This document shows positions 1-10,680 of a DNA stretch of 64,000 bases, one piece after another. The notes under the pieces were generated by a model. It was not told the origin of the DNA and did not search any database. It saw nothing but the letters and a program-made list of their open reading frames with translations. A program made the translations under genes and the position numbers. Every line of letters starts with the position of its first letter. Within the stretch, counting starts at the first letter, position 1. This DNA is from Octopus sinensis (Eukaryota), in contig NC_043000.1 in assembly GCF_006345805.1 (NCBI RefSeq), forward strand, positions 29,574,001 to 29,638,000. Direction: 5' to 3'.

Positions 1-160
1 ACACACTAACACGCACTCTCACTCATGCATATATGCATAGACATACATAATAGCATATATATGTGTTCATTAGAATATACATATATATTTATGTACACGC
101 ACACGTATACGTATACAGGTACGAATATAAACATATATATATATACATATATATATATAG

Positions 161-191
<31 letters not shown>

Positions 192-237
192 GTGTGTAAG
201 TTTGTATATACGGTATATTGTATGTAAGTATATTATG

Positions 238-301
<64 letters not shown>

Positions 302-439
302 ATAAAATTAGTGTACATTTAAAACACAAGAACCGACCCTTAATAGGGTTAGGAGGAGCAGTCAAAACGTCCAAAACCACGTTTAGGAGCAATTTCGAAG
401 GGGGTGAAAAATAAAAACTTTTACCATGTTTTTCTACCT

Positions 440-485
<46 letters not shown>

Positions 486-900
486 GGCAAAATTAATAGA
501 TATATATTACATTATATATTAATGTATATTAAAAACACCACCTTTGCTAAAAATAACAGTCAAAACACCCCCGAAGCCATAAAAGAGAACATCATATTTT
601 CACAGACATGGTTGGAAAAAAATTAAGTGAAACAATGATTGCGTCTTACTTCTACGAAATTGCAAGAAGGAATGACAGTTAACTTCATATTTCGAATTTA
701 ATGCCAAAAACATGCTTGATTCCCTTCAGTCAAGTCTCCTAGTAACAAACTGTTATATATCACTTCAACCAATGCCTGTGTTCGTTTCAGTGTCCAAGCT
801 GCTCTGAGAAAAACTGATCAAGTTGAGGATAAAGTCATTAAAGTTAATGAATTATATCAATGGCCAGCATAAAAAACCTTTTAGGTAAAATACATTTATA

Positions 901-1448
901 GAGATAAATAACTGTATAGGGTACAATTATACTTAAGGCTACAAAACCTAATATGCCTATATGCTAAAAGAACACGCCGAATGTGTCCAACCATTTAAAA
1001 TATTCACTCGACAGTTGATTACACAAGTTGAAAGCGAGGAAAGCAGACTGGCTAAAAATTCTTAAAATAATTCATTTAGTTTCGGATTGGTCAATTTTTG
1101 GATTAGTTTAGGAACTTTTCCTTCATCAGCAAAACACACTGGACAAAATAAATGAAAATATTTATACATACTCTCAGAAAAACATACGCAAAATGCGAGT
1201 AATTATAAATAACCACAAATATATACGCATGATGACGGAAAAGTTACTTAACCAATCCAGAAATTGATCAAATCAGAACTGAATTATTTTATGAATTTTT
1301 AGCCAGTCTGCTTTCCCGCTTTCATCTTGTGTAATTATTTGTGGAGTGAATATTGGAAGTGATAGGACGTATTCGGCGTGTTCTTTCAGCATAGAGGCAT
1401 AATAGCTTTTGTGTCCTTAAGTATAATTTTACCCTATACAATTATCTC
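901..1448. mobile_element. Foldback element with ~220-bp inverted arms (901-1130 / 1228-1448)
   Basis: The reverse complement of 1228-1448 aligns with 901-1130 at roughly 80% by eye, e.g. GAAAGCAGACTGGCTAAAAATTC vs GAATTTTTAGCCAGTCTGCTTTC. Spacer is ~100 bp. Confidence 0.85.
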
Positions 1449-1450
1449 AC

Positions 1451-1490
<40 letters not shown>

Positions 1491-1625
1491 CATATATATA
1501 TATATATATATATAGTAAAAGCAATTAAGATTCAAGTCAATTCTATTGAATTCACTTGAATGCGGTACTTAACTTAGATGCACCAGAAAAACTATATGGT
1601 ATTAACCATACAATAATGTGGGGTG

Positions 1626-1668
<43 letters not shown>

Positions 1669-1699
1669 ATACACATGCATATATGGGTACAAGATGTCA

Positions 1700-1828
1700 C
1701 CAGCAGTGCAAATCACGTGAGATACGTAAACATCTAGAAAAAATGGAGAACAAGACAAGTAAACAGAGAAAGGACCCTTCATCAATTGTCGGCTGCCTAT
1801 CTACTCCTCATTTCGAGCATTCAACGAC
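1700..1828. repeat. Short interspersed repeat, also present at ~18880-19010
   Basis: Both loci share ACAAGACAAGTAA...CCTCATTTCGAGCATT and lie next to TA/CA microsatellites. Confidence 0.6.
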
Positions 1829-1975
1829 ACGGGCTTCATTCAGTTTCCATCTACCATATCCACTCACAAGGTTTCGGTCGACTCGAGGTTATCGTTGAAA
1901 ATACTTACCCAAGGTGCCACACAGTGGGACTGATCCCGGAACCGTGTGGTTGGGAAGCAAGCTTCTTGCTACACA
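1829..1975 (-). mobile_element. SINE family B head (tRNA-like plus CORE-like region)
   Basis: Reverse complement matches the head of the full copy at 27235-27642 (CAGTCCCACTG..GGCACCTTGGG). Confidence 0.85.
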
Positions 1976-2442
1976 CACGCGCACGCACACACACACACAC
2001 ACACACATATAGATAGGTAAACAGGTAGACAAGCAAATAGATACATATACACTGATAGAATTCCATGTACAAGGAAATACACGTACATGTATTATGTGTA
2101 TTTCCTCGTACATGTGATTATTGTGTGTGTACACACGCACTGACACACCCAAAGGCCCCTCCTTTAACATTTTCTGTCTGTCTTGAAGTGTTCCTTCTAT
2201 CTTTTTTTAAGCTCTCCCCTTCAATTTTAAATGTTCACTCCATTCACTCGAATCTCTCTCTTCACCACCACTCACCAACTCCTCTATAAATTTAGAATTT
2301 TTAATTTAAACCTTTTATAACTTATTAAGTCGTATAACGGATGTGGTTGACGTGTCTTGCCCTCATTCTCCTTACGATACCCACTTCTTTTCCTTACATA
2401 AAAACCATTTTACTTTTCTGGTTGTATGACTTGAAGTGGTGA

Positions 2443-2495
2443 AGACGCGTGGCTTAGTGGCGAGGGTTTTCTCCGTAAGATCGACAGTTCGATAC
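2443..2495 (+). mobile_element. Degenerate tRNA-like SINE head abutting the H1 SINE
   Basis: A-box-like TGGCTTAGTGG at 2450-2460 and B-box-like AGTTCGATAC. Confidence 0.5.
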
Positions 2496-2571
2496 GCGGC
2501 AACGTATTGGCGTAGTGGTTAAGAGCGCGGGCTACTAACCCCAAGATTCTGAGTTCGATTCCAAGCAGTGA

Positions 2572-2613
<42 letters not shown>

Positions 2614-2810
2614 TAATAATAACAACAACAACAACAAACATCGAAAAATACCTTAGGAATGAGAACCCAGGTTCGAAATTTCCCCAAGACACCTGATGAA
2701 GGCTGGAGGGTATATAAGCCGAAACGTTGTGTTAACAACAAACAAGATGGGGACAAATATCCGTCAAACGTAAATAATGTAGATAATTTCTCATCTCTTA
2801 AATATAGAAC
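2496..2810 (+). mobile_element. SINE H1: tRNA-derived head + (AAT)n linker + hammerhead-containing tail
   Basis: A box TGGCGTAGTGG 2508-2518; B box GAGTTCGATTCC 2551-2562; anticodon-like loop CTACTAA; (AAT)n/(AAC)n 2576-2638. The tail 2640-2810 recurs at 23272-23450 (+) and 45875-46036 (-). Confidence 0.8.
2688..2733 (+). ncRNA. Minimal type I hammerhead ribozyme
   Basis: Stem I GACAC/GTGTT; core CTGATGA 2693-2699; extra A; stem II GGCT(G)...(A)AGCC (CAGCC in the other two copies); GAAAC 2721-2725; GTT triplet 2726-2728; palindromic ACGT stem III. Confidence 0.75.
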
Positions 2811-3044
2811 TGTACTTTATTTGATGTTTTTTTTATGTCCATTCAGCTATCAAAGCAAAAATGTACCGGTATAGGGGCTGCAGAGAAGTTCCTGACTTTA
2901 AGGGTATCAAGAACGGCCTTGTTAGAAGCCCAACATTTCGAAGGATCACTGCAATAAGTGTGTGAATCTCAGAAGGGAATATATTAAATAAATCACAATT
3001 AACTGATTCCCCTGTACTTTTTTTTACCAACAGCCAGGGATCTT

Positions 3045-3190
3045 TCAGCATCCCCTCGCATTTCATGTTGAATCTCCCTCAGAACTAAGGTAAGGGCACG
3101 CAAGTCTGTGGAGTACTCAGCCACGTGCACGTTAATGTCACGAGTAGGATGATCTGTAGCTGCCGTCGTCGTAACCGACGGAGTGCTAGT
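3045..3190 (+). mobile_element. SINE family C 3' module
   Basis: Reverse complement of 32675-32815 (CTCAGCCACGTGCACGTTAAT vs ATTAACGTGCAAGTCGCTGAG). Confidence 0.7.
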
Positions 3191-3345
3191 AGGACTTGAA
3201 ATATTTATTCTATTAATACTTTCCTCTCCACATATGTCTCACTCATCTGATTTCACGTGACATCCCGGATCTCTAACCTTCTTTCATTCTATCTCTCTTG
3301 TTCTTGCCCACATCAACCCAAACCTATCCTTATTCAGTGATATGG

Positions 3346-3346
3346 C

Positions 3347-3416
<70 letters not shown>

Positions 3417-3470
3417 ATATATATATATCTATATATATATATATATATAGATATATATATATATATATAT
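3346..3470. repeat. (TATC)n followed by (TA)n microsatellite
   Basis: Direct reading of the sequence. Confidence 0.95.
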
Positions 3471-3645
3471 TTATATTTCACGTTGTTTACATATTTCACT
3501 CGGTTTTCCCTTTTGTTTACATATTTATATGTTACTAGCATCGCTGGTGACGTCCTGTACCCATATATGCATGTATAATATATATATATATATAAATTAT
3601 TTATTATGTGGTGTGTGTATGTATTATATATGTGTGTATATATAT

Positions 3646-3822
3646 GATAGATCGCCAGCCACTACACATTATTTTCTCTCCTTGATTATTTCTGCGTTCC
3701 TTTCTCTGGAAGTGCCGAGGCTCGAAACGTTAAAGACTTTTTCACTTCCCGAGCGTTATACTAATACATCTGTTTGTTATCTACATCACCTGACTTCGTC
3801 TTTTGTTTTTTTTGTGATTTCT

Positions 3823-3826
<4 letters not shown>
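3646..3826 (+). mobile_element. ~180-bp TA-flanked element H3 with variant hammerhead-like core
   Basis: CTCTGGAAGTGCCGAGGCTCGAAACGTTAAAGAC at 3704-3737; homologous to 9785-9978; (TA)n on both sides. Confidence 0.6.
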
Positions 3827-3856
<30 letters not shown>

Positions 3857-3866
3857 ATATATAGAT

Positions 3867-3921
<55 letters not shown>

Positions 3922-4574
3922 TTACATACATACATATGTACATAAATGTATACGCACACACAACTACACTGACACATACACATACACACATACGCACACA
4001 CTCATATCACACACCACACACACATACATCTATATATATGAGTGTGCGTACGTGTGTGTATTCGTGTTCGTAAACTTTAATATCCGTGTGCAGTCTGAAA
4101 TTGCGCAATTTTAAATGAATGTATCCTCTGTTAAGTAAAGAATAATCATTTCTTGTAATTCCAGTCGGGTGGTTTGTATCCCACGTTGCTAAAAGCACAG
4201 CTGAGTCACAATTTGATTTTAGTATTTTGAAACAAATATTCTACGTAATATTGCCTATGATGAAACAGCTTCGCAATGTAATGAATACTTTTCCTTTAAA
4301 AAAACGGTCACATATTTAAACGATGTTAATAAAAGTACTAAAAGCATAATTAGAAACGTGTGAGGGAATGTATTAACTAAATCTGTATACACACCTCAAT
4401 GTGTCTATTTTAATGTTTGTACATAACGAATACCCCAGGGACACCATCTATTCGGGCAGGAAAAATAATATTTAAGTTGGTGTTAATATTTAAAGAAGAA
4501 TGTATAGACAAACTTGCTACAAATAATTTTGTGCTTAACAACGAATATTATTTCAATTAAAAAACGATAAACGT

Positions 4575-4877
4575 CGCCCTTTTCAAGCCTAGCCAGGCTA
4601 ATGGGCCCGGTTTCCCGGTTTCTGTGGCGTAGACCCCCCCCCCTATCTGGACGGGACGCCAGTCCATCGCAGCGTTACTCAAGAAACAGGAAGAGAGAGT
4701 GAGAGAAAATGTGGCGAAAGACTATAACAGGGGTCGCTACCACCCCATGCCGGAGGCTCGTGGAGCTTTTAGGTGTTTTCACTCAATAAACACACACGAC
4801 GCCCGGTCTGGGACTCGAAACCTCGATCCTCCGACCGCGAGTCCGCTGCCCAAACTACTGGGCTATTACGCCTCTAC
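4575..4877 (-). mobile_element. tRNA-derived SINE family C
   Basis: Minus-strand head with A/B-box-like motifs at 4800-4877; the head and body match 32845-33043. Confidence 0.8.
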
Positions 4878-5367
4878 GCCTCCACCATTATTTCAATTAT
4901 TGACAAATATTATTTGAATGATTTCAACTAGCAAGGGAGCTAACACTTGATATGTTTTACTCTTATTATGAACTCATCAGCGAAGTATAAGCGAAGTATA
5001 AGTTTCAGAAAATGTACACTGTAATTATTCATTGGATGGACAGTGTATTACTATTTTTTAGCGATATATTACGAACAGATGAGATCCGCATGAAAAAAAT
5101 AAAATAATGAAGTTAATGTTAAGTATACTTATCAAAATAATCATGTTATATTAATATCAATCAGTTAAGCATAGAATATAAAATCCTGAAACATATCTAA
5201 CTTGTCTCCCGTACTTCCAGAAATAGTTGATATAATATTAGTCAACTATTGCTGTTGCGTTCACCAACCGCATAATTGTTCCTAGTTAACTTTTGAAACA
5301 ACTTCTTATATTATACATCAACCATAAGGTCCTGCTGTTGTTGCTATGTGGCACTCAATAAACCATG

Positions 5368-5779
5368 AGCGGCGAGCTGGCAGAATCGTTAGCACGCCGA
5401 GCGAAACGCTTAGCAGTATTTCGTCTGCCGTTACGTTCTGAGTTCAAATTCCACCGAGGTCGACTCTGCCTTTCATCCTTTCGGGGTCGATTAATTAAGT
5501 ACCAGTTATGCAATGGGGTCGATGTAATCGACTTAATCCGTTTGTACTTCCTTGTTTGTCCCCTATGTGTTTAGCCTCTTGTGGGTAGTAAAGAAATAGG
5601 TATTTTGTCTGCCGTTACGTTCTGAGTTCAAATTCCACCGAGGTCGACTCTGCCTTTCATCCTTTCGGGTCGATTAAACAAGTACCAGTTACTCACCGGG
5701 ATTGATGTAATCGACTTAATCTCTTTGTTCTTGTTTGTCCCCTATATGTTTAGCCCACTGTGGGCAAAAAAGAAATTAA
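5368..5779 (+). mobile_element. SINE family A dimer (full monomer plus 5'-truncated monomer) with 11-bp TSD
   Basis: GGCGAGCTGGCAGAA head; B box GAGTTCAAATTCC occurs twice; TSD AATAAACCATG at 5357-5367 and 5780-5790. Confidence 0.85.
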
Positions 5780-5939
5780 AATAAACCATGTGATCTATGC
5801 CAGCGGTGCATAAGTTTCTGGTAGGCCATCGTATGTTGGACAGGTCAGAGTATATAGGCCAGACTAATATCGACTACCTCATCGCAGGGAGAAAAATGGG
5901 TTTACGTAAGGCTAATAACCCTATCTAGAATTGTAGGTG

Positions 5940-6598
5940 AAACTCCAGTGTTTGACCCGAGCAAAAATTAAAATAGTGCAGTAAGTATAAAACAATATGC
6001 AGTAAAAGAATATGAAAAAAAAAAGAAAAAATGCGCGCTGGTGAACGAGGGACGGGGAGAGAACTCGGAAAATTCACACGGTTTTACACCTATTACACTA
6101 TTTCTTTTTCATTTTTGTGACCGGATATTAACGTTGAGTTTTCTGATCCTGTGAGATTGATCGTGTGAATTTTCCGAGTGCTCTCCCCCGGCCCCCCGTT
6201 CGCCAGCGCGCATTTTTCTTCATATCCGTTTGCTACAAATGTTCATTTTCACCAATTACACTATTTTTCTTTTTCAGTTTTGTGACCGGGTGTCGGAGTG
6301 GGGTTACTGGATTGTGTGAATTATCCGAGTCTGCACCCCACCCACCCACGTCACAAAAATTGAAAACAAAATAGAGTACTAGGTGTAAAGTAATGTGTAG
6401 TAAACGAATATAAAGAAAATATATTTCGCCGACGAATGGGGAAGTGGTGAGAGGACGCGGAACATACTCGATGTGAATTTTCCGAACCCTCCCACTCCGT
6501 TCGCCAGCGCACATTTTTTTCTTTCATATTTGTTTACTACATGTTGTTTTACACCTATTGCACTTTTCTTTTTTTGCTCGGGTCAAACACTGGAGTTT
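5940..6598. mobile_element. Complex foldback/MITE-like element with modular internal repeats
   Basis: Terminal AAACTCCAGTGTTTGACCCGAGCAAAAA is inverted at 6571-6598; the arm match extends ~140 bp; internal copies of arm modules at ~6080-6130, 6160-6290 and 6350-6430. Confidence 0.8.
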
Positions 6599-7481
6599 GA
6601 CTGAATTGTACACCAACGAAACTAAAGAGAGGAAGGCCGTAAAAGACAAACCAGAGTCGAGAAGAGCGGAGAAAAGTCATCGCTGGTTTATACTCCACAA
6701 GGGATGACGGGCTCAAGAAGAGTTTATGATATATATATATATAATATATATATTATATATATATATTATAATCTATATATATTTGGCGCAACATATCCGA
6801 AAGGATAAAGAGAAATTCTTTCGCAAGCCTAGAAACTCCGATACCACTTCATTACATGACAGACAAATGATATTTTCACTGGCTTCGGCACAAGACGTAT
6901 CTCGTGAATGGAAGAGGATTGACGGAAACTGTGAGGAAGCCAGTCGAGTGAATTGTGTTTTTCATTCAACAGGTACGGCCTTGCCATACTCTGCGTCACG
7001 CTGATTATGCATAAGAATTGTATGAAGTTATTCTTTTCTGTGGAATACTCAGCCACTTGAGATTTAATTCAGGAGTAGCTACATTCAGTTGGTTGTACAT
7101 CTGAATCCTCGTCGTCGAATGACTGAGGTCCACTACTATTAGTTAAAACAACATAACGCTAACTTAACTATTATTTTTCAAACCACATATGTTATAGAGT
7201 GGAATACAACAGACATAATCAGAATAAATATCAAGAAAAAACAAACATAATACAAAACAAACAATTGAGGTATATAAAATCTAAAAAGATAATTACATTA
7301 AAAAATTACTTAATCGACATTTTTGGTCAATATAGATAATTTCTAATGAAATGAATCTGCTCTTTGAAGACAAATTGTGGAAGCAACAGACATGTTTCGG
7401 TTAAGATATTACTCCTCAGTGATTCGCAAGTACTTAGCTTAATTAATAGAATATTTTTATTGGCAATCTATCTACTAGACT

Positions 7482-7504
7482 ATGTATGTATGTGTGTATG
7501 TATG

Positions 7505-7536
<32 letters not shown>

Positions 7537-7642
7537 TGTATGTATGTATGTATGTATGTATGTATGAATGTACGCATATATGTATATATGTATGTATATA
7601 TGTATGCAAGTATGTGTCTCTCTGTATGTATGTGTCTGTCTG

Positions 7643-7704
<62 letters not shown>

Positions 7705-7705
7705 A
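7482..7705. repeat. (TATG)n and (TATC)n microsatellites
   Basis: Direct reading of the sequence. Confidence 0.95.
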
Positions 7706-7952
7706 ACCCGTAAGTCTCTCTGCCTGTCTCTCTATTTGTCTATCTATCTGCGTCTTCCTATCTCACAACATACATATATAAAAATAAATATATATATATT
7801 TATAACAATTCATATATACGTACATGTATATTTATACACGCATAACATATTTTTACATATACGCATTTACAAGCACATATACGCAGGCACGCGCGCACAC
7901 ACACACACATTTATGTACATCTACAATAATACATTCATAGATACATGATGAA

Positions 7953-8280
7953 GGAGATATGCAATGGTATACGTATGGAATCTCCTGGAGGGTTGGCATC
8001 GAGAGCTATACTAGTCCCCGAACTGGACGTTACTGCAGCCTTCCAAACTCCTAAGCTATCCGGTCTTGAGTTTGAACCATGTACTGCAATATCTTGGTAA
8101 TGAAGAATCCCCGGCTACTTCATACCTTGCCAAGACACCTGAGTGAAATCCATGGAGCAGGGGTAGACGTTTTCAAGAAACAACTTGACAGCCTCCTCTC
8201 CAAGTTCCCTGATCATCGAGAAAAGAAATTCAAAAGAGGGCAACAAGATCGAACTCCCATCCTTTACCAAAAGTCAATCA
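7953..8280 (+). mobile_element. CR1/L2-like LINE ORF2 3' end, decayed
   Basis: Frameshifted translation gives Y.VW..LEG, SPRTGR, YCN...PRLLHTLP.HL...HG..VDVFKKQLD..LS..PD, typical of the C-terminal region of CR1-group ORF2. Confidence 0.75.
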
Positions 8281-8404
8281 AAAAAAGTATGGCCATTGAA
8301 AAAGTAATAACAATGGTACTGCTCCAGCATGGCAGCAGCAGTTGGGCTCAAAAACACAAAAGAATAAAACAACATAGTATATATTTTCCTTTTTGTTTTT
8401 TTTT

Positions 8405-8785
8405 CTTTCATTCGCCACGCAGCAGCCATGCTGGAGCACCATTTTGGGGAATATTTAGGCGAATGAATCTACCCTAATTCTCATATATTTTTAGCCTTCT
8501 GTTCATTCTAAAGTTCCCTTTTGCCGAACCGCTAAGTTACTAGGACATAAGCACACCAACACAAGTTGTCAAGCGGTGATAGGGACAAACACAAACAAAA
8601 ATACACTCCCCCAACACAGACACACACATTTATATATACACAAATATATATTAATAATATAATACAGTATAATAGTCCCACTGCGTGGCACCTTGGACAA
8701 GTGTCTTCTGCTATAGCTTCAGGCCGACCAAAGTCTTGTCAGTGAATTTGGTAGACGGAAACTGAAAGACGTCCGTCGTATGTAT
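8405..8785. mobile_element. SINE B fragments: tail (-, 8405-8595) and head (+, 8675-8785)
   Basis: GCCATGCTGGAGCACC, GCCGAACCGCTAAGTTAC and CCCACTGCGTGGCACCTTGG motifs. Confidence 0.75.
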
Positions 8786-9140
8786 GTATGTATATATATA
8801 TGGAGTAAAGATTGTTTGCCAACATAACATGGAAGTCCTGGTTTAGGACGAATGTTGCTGTAATTTAGGCCCAGGAGACATCATCTCCAGCTGGCTATAC
8901 GACACGATCTGTGCCCTTATACTTTCGAACAAGGGAATCTAGCACCCCAACTCCGTTCAAAATAATATGTGTATCGTGATTTCTGGGTTATTTCTCTCCA
9001 TCAGCACAGAATAATTGTTTGGTGGCGCTGCCAAATTCCCGTTCGAAATATATAGTTTTCAAAGTGACAACTAGTCACTCATCTATAAATTAGAAAATTA
9101 CTATTCATAAATAGTAATTTTCTAGTATACACACACAGAC

Positions 9141-9175
<35 letters not shown>

Positions 9176-9239
9176 TGTATGTATGTATGTATGTATGTAT
9201 GTATGTATGTATGTATGTATGTACGTATGTATGTATGTA

Positions 9240-9450
9240 TTTGTGTGTCTCTGTTTGTCCCAACTATCGCTTGACAACCGATGTTGGTATGTTTACGTCA
9301 TTGTAAATTTGCGGTTCAGTGAAAGAGATCAATGAAATAAGTACTAGGACTACAACGAATAAGCCCGGAAATCGATTTGTTCGTCTAAAGCCGGGGTTCC
9401 AGCATACCCGCTGTCAAATGACTGAATAAAAGAATAAAGAAATAAAGGAA
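9240..9450 (+). mobile_element. SINE B tail
   Basis: ATCGCTTGACAACCGATG...AAATGACTGAA, preceded by (TATG)n at 9147-9240. Confidence 0.8.
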
Positions 9451-9784
9451 CAAAGGAATATACATACATATATATATATATATAAATATATATATATACG
9501 TACACATCACACATCATCATGCACACTCCCACACTCACACAAGCATATGATAACTGAACACAGACAATATCTACACACATACACACACACATACGTACAC
9601 GTTACACACGCATACACACGTTAGACTCACTCGCCCCCATTCACACAATGCTCACACACAGTGTGTACACTCACACACAGATTCTCATAAATACACGTGC
9701 GTTTGCGCACATTAGTTTCTTGGGATCATTATTAATATCTCCCTTTCATTCAACCTCTTTTTTTCTCTAATGAAATCGTCATGT

Positions 9785-9975
9785 TTGACCGCTGATCTAC
9801 AGAGTTTCTCTCCGTTTTGTTTTTTCATTCTCTCTTCACTCTTCCCCCTTATTTCATTCCGTCGAAGAGCCTAAGCTTGAAACATAAAACTTTTCTATTT
9901 TTCCCCAACCTTAAACTAATACGCCTGCTTGTGGTTCCTACACCTGTCTTCGCTTTTTGTTTTTCTGTAAATTTG

Positions 9976-9978
<3 letters not shown>
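9785..9978 (+). mobile_element. Element H3, second copy
   Basis: CCGTCGAAGAGCCTAAGCTTGAAACATAAAAC at 9859-9890; 3' end joins (TA)n. Confidence 0.55.
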
Positions 9979-10033
<55 letters not shown>

Positions 10034-10059
10034 ATATAATATATATAAGGTGTGTGTAC

Positions 10060-10197
10060 AACAGGCTTCTTTCAGTTTCAGTCTACCAAATCCACTCACA
10101 AGGCTTTGGTCGATCGGAGGCTAAAGTAGAAGCGGGACTTAACTCGGAACCATGTGGTTGGGAAGCAAACATCCTTAAAGTCAGCCACATCTAAGCC
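10060..10197 (-). mobile_element. SINE B head
   Basis: Reverse complement of the family B head, with an internal deletion. Confidence 0.75.
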
Positions 10198-10212
10198 TGT
10201 ATATATATATAT

Positions 10213-10395
10213 CTCGTTGGCGATTTTTTCCTCCGTCTTCTCTTCCTTGGATCTTTCCTTTTCCTATGTTTCTGACGAAGAGCTCCGCTCGAAACGTTGA
10301 ATTCTCCATCTTTCCTGAGCCTCCTATAACACAATACCTGTTCCACGTCCTCGCATTGTTGTGTTTTCTCTTTGTGTTTTCATGTTTGCATTAAC
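10213..10395 (+). mobile_element. ~185-bp TA-flanked element H2 carrying a hammerhead
   Basis: Homologous to 24303-24491; (TA)n on both sides. Confidence 0.75.
10268..10302 (+). ncRNA. Minimal hammerhead ribozyme (35 nt)
   Basis: GTTT-CTGACGA-A-GAGC(TCC)GCTC-GAAAC-GTT-GAAT: intact core, 4-bp stem II, palindromic ACGT stem III, 4-bp stem I with two G-U pairs. Confidence 0.7.
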
Positions 10396-10426
<31 letters not shown>

Positions 10427-10594
10427 GTGAATGAATTATCCTATGTTTATCGTCAGCATGGAAAGTTCGTTTAACCGAAACCTGGGTATCAAATTCACGT
10501 CAGAAACACGGTTGAAGCGCCCTGTCCAAGGGTAGAAACTCCGGGTTCATGTGCATAAATTTGTGTTGTATATGAATAAATGAAAGAATGGAGT

Positions 10595-10680
10595 CGAACG
10601 ACATATGTTTCGAAGACAACATGGTTTCATTCCAAAGGAATAAAGGGTGCATTATGCAATCTTCTCATCAGGAAAGAAAG
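10595..10680 (-). ncRNA. Hammerhead-like motif with long stem II; stem I broken
   Basis: Minus strand: CTGATGA (10671-10665), GAAGA...TCTTC, GAAACATATGTC (ACATATGT palindrome plus GTC). Confidence 0.45.

Noticed and set aside
1770-1826. Type II hammerhead in the 1700/18880 repeat (GCTCGAAATGAGG...TTGATGAAGG on the minus strand)
   Set aside because: I could not form stems I and III, and the core is not conserved between the two copies.
2496-2575. tRNA gene (also considered at 29296 and in the family A heads)
   Set aside because: A/B boxes are present but there is no acceptor-stem pairing, and each continues into repeat bodies; these are SINE heads.
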